64,000 nt of DNA, taken from positions 446,001 through 510,000 of the forward strand of contig OZ025708.1 of NCBI GenBank assembly GCA_964019335.1, given 5' to 3'. Shown here in pieces: positions 61,541-64,000 of the stretch. Numbering within the stretch: the first letter of the stretch is position 1; every line of letters starts with the position of its first letter. The position numbers and the translations under genes were made by a program. This DNA is from Diplonema japonicum (taxonomy: Eukaryota; Protista; Euglenozoa: Diplonemea). A model generated the notes under the pieces. That model searched no databases. It was not told where the DNA came from and was given only the letters and a program-made list of their open reading frames with translations.

Positions 61541-61989
61541 CACCCTGGTCCCCAAGGGCCGGGGGCTTTTTTTGAGGGTGGAAGGGAAAGAAAAAAAAAA
61601 AAACAAACAAGGAGGAACCTTTTTTCTTTTCAAACAACCAGGGGGACCCAGCACCCGCCCCCACCGCCTGCCAAGGTGTGGTTGGGGCGGAGGCTGCGAG
61701 CGACGTGAGAGCACCACTGCACACCCTTGTGAGAAGACAGAAAAGAGCCCCCTGGATTGCCATGGGTGGCAGGGAACCTAAGCCAGCGCCCAAGAGGAAG
61801 AAGAACAGGAGGAGGCACAGGAGCGAAACGGCCCTTCAGAGGCGTCGGGAGAAGAGGACCAAGGCGAGGGAGGGGCCAGGGAGGAGAAGAAAAGGCACCG
61901 TCGTGCGAGGAAAGAAGGGAGGAGGAGGGCCAGCAGAGAGGAACACGAGGCCGCCCTGGAACAGAAGCCAGATGACCCTGGCCTGACAG

Positions 61990-63450
61990 AAGAGAATTTC
62001 CACAAAGAGAGGAACTTCATGCTCCTGGGGGCGCCGATAGGATCGCCGGAGTACACGCAAGCCTTTCTGAACAAACGCTTGGACGCGCTGGAAGAGAACT
62101 TCGACATGCTGACCAAGGTGGGGAGGCAGGCAGGGTACACACTTCTCCGGTATTGCAGCTCATACAGCAAACTGGTGTTTTACATGAGAGTGGTCCCAGA
62201 CTCGCATGTGGGAGGGGTCATGCACAGGTTCGACGAGATGGTGCGGAAGACGACGGCTCGGGGCCGGTCGAAGGCAAGAGTCGCCCCGAAATCCTTAAGA
62301 CGATCCTTCCTATTGAGGGGGATGCGCTACCAGGGGAAAGGAAAAAAGGTGGCCATGGGCAGGACAGTCGAAGGAATGTACAAGGGGGCCAAGAGGCAGA
62401 CTGACTGCGCCATAGGCGATACAAAAGGAGAAGATTTTGACCAGGAAAGAATGGAACAATGGAATATCTGAAAGGAAGTATACACACACGATGTCGAAGG
62501 TGTGCGGCATGCAGTTCGAGAACGGGTCGAAAGAATGGCAGCAGGCGAAACTGTCCGTAAAAGTCGGTGGGCTTGGGATGAGGAGCTGCCAGGAGCACCT
62601 GCGCGCGGCCAACATGGCTTCGAGGGCGTCGACGATGAAGCTGTGCAAGGAGCTGGATCCCAAATACGAACATGGGCTGGAAGGGGGTGTATGGGGGAGC
62701 TGGCTCGAGTGGTTCAACAGGACGAAGGGCGGCATGCAGATTACACCCGACATGGTGGCCAAGGCCCCCCACATCTGCAGCCAGAGGTGGCTCTCTAGGG
62801 TGCTTGATGAGAAGGCGCTGGAGGACCTCTTGGCGAAAGCAGATGCACGCTCGAGAGCGAGGTTGATGTCGGAGTCAATGCACTATGCGGGGGCGTGGTT
62901 GACGGCGACGCCTGACTTCTACAACCAGCTGTCGGACAACGAGTTTGGGGCTCTGATCAAGTGGTGGTTGGGGGCTCCGGTCTACAAGCAGGGTGAGAGC
63001 TGCCACGACCCGAGGTGCAAGACTGAGGGGATGGACGTATGGGGTGACCATGCCCAGGGATGCGGCAACGCCAGGATTGCGAGGCACGACCGGGTGAAGG
63101 AGACCATCCACAGACACTGTCAGTGGGCCGGGGTGAGCGCAACGATGGAGAAGACGGGGCTGATCCCGGGGTCGTCCCAGCGCCCGGCGGACGTGTTCTT
63201 CCCAGGGGGTGGGGGGTTCCCGCCCAATGGCTATGGACGTGGTCATCGTGCATTCGAGGAACGAGTCTTGTGTCAACCAGGCGGCGAAGACTGCGGGGTA
63301 CGCAGCGGCGAAGGCGGAACACTACAAGCGCCAGAAGTATGAGGCGGAGCACGCCAGACACGCGTGGCCTTTGTACCTTTCGCGATGGAGACCTTTGGGG
63401 GGTTCGGGGCGGCAGCAGTCTACCTCACGAAGAAACTGTCCAGGAGCATA
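61990..63450 (+). mobile_element. Decayed CRE-clade-like non-LTR retrotransposon (RT C-terminal part, CCHC knuckle, restriction-like endonuclease)
   Basis: LLGAPIGS, LLRYCSSYSKLVFYMR, WQQAKLSVKVGGLGMR, ARLMS...AGAWLTATP, CHDPRC...DHAQGC, RHDRVK, RPADV, AMDVVIV, KRQKY, PFAMETFGGFG. The RT core (YxDD) is missing; frameshifts near 63200 and 63360. Confidence 0.88.
62254..62491 (+). other. 238-nt insertion flanked by ACGA direct repeats inside the retroelement ORF
   Basis: ACGA at 62250-62253 and 62488-62491. Removing it fuses ...FDEMVRKT|MSKVCGMQ... in frame. Confidence 0.75.
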
Positions 63451-63527
63451 GCAAACCCGCAAACCCGCAAACCCGCAAACCCGCAAAACCCGCAAAACCC
63501 GCAAAACCCGCAAAACCCGCAAAACCC
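63451..63527. repeat. Telomere-like repeat (GCAAACCC)4(GCAAAACCC)5
   Basis: Direct count. About 2.5 reverse-complement units also occur at 3499-3519. Confidence 0.95.
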
Positions 63528-64000
63528 TTCTTTTTGAAGTGGAACCATCTCGGTCGACGTTTTTTTTTTTTTTTTCTTTTTTCTTTTGTGGTGATGTGTT
63601 TTTCCTGTTTTTGATTTTCTTCTTCCCCCGCTCTATGCTTTTTCGCATGGACATTGGTCACTCTGCCCCTTTCCCCTTTTTTGATTCTCCCTCTTTCCCC
63701 CTCCTAAATTTTACCCCCTGCCCCACTCATTCCTCCCTAGTATGTTTTTGAATTTGCCTCTTCTTCTTTTAAGCCTTTTTTGAGATTTTTATTTTTGAAT
63801 TTTTATCATTTGGAGTTGCTTCTTCTTCTTCCCCTCTCCCTCCCATAAAGAAAAAGAGAAACCCATGCCTTCCTCCCAGGTTGGAACTTGATTGTCTGTT
63901 TTGGAATATTTTTATTTTCTCTTAAGATTTATCGTGCCTTGTGTGTCTTTTGAAGAAAAAAAAAAAAAAAAAAAACATTCTCAAGTCCCCCTTTTTATTT

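Overview
Eukaryotic (protist) genomic DNA: GC-rich, intronless coding regions separated by A/T-homopolymer-rich spacers, with every gene on the + strand. Each gene is preceded by a polypyrimidine tract and a CAG acceptor, consistent with spliced-leader trans-splicing. A euglenozoan host, probably a diplonemid, is an inference from architecture and not proven. The window is dominated by a 39-kb single-exon ORF (4607-43615, 13,002 aa) encoding a type-I membrane mega-adhesin. Its parts are a signal peptide, bacterial-style Ig-like and C-type lectin modules, 18 VWA domains separated by Cys-rich repeats, 32 EGF-like repeats, one TM helix and a short acidic tail. Downstream, in the same orientation, are a deleted pseudogene copy of an LPMO, a degraded DNA-transposase relic and a secreted LVIVD beta-propeller protein. 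These are followed by an intact GbpA/CBP21-type AA10 LPMO with a CBM1-like module and a ~2,400-aa secreted protein ending in two GH18 domains whose catalytic Glu is Leu in both. Together these suggest a clustered chitin attach-and-attack system. The right end holds a decayed CRE-clade-like non-LTR retrotransposon preceded by an AlkB-like dioxygenase relic and ~140-bp tandem repeats. The element is interrupted by a frame-restoring 238-nt insert with ACGA direct repeats and ends at a telomere-like repeat. A mutated 5' U2 snRNA fragment lies just upstream of the giant gene. All domain calls come from motif recognition by eye; no searches were run.
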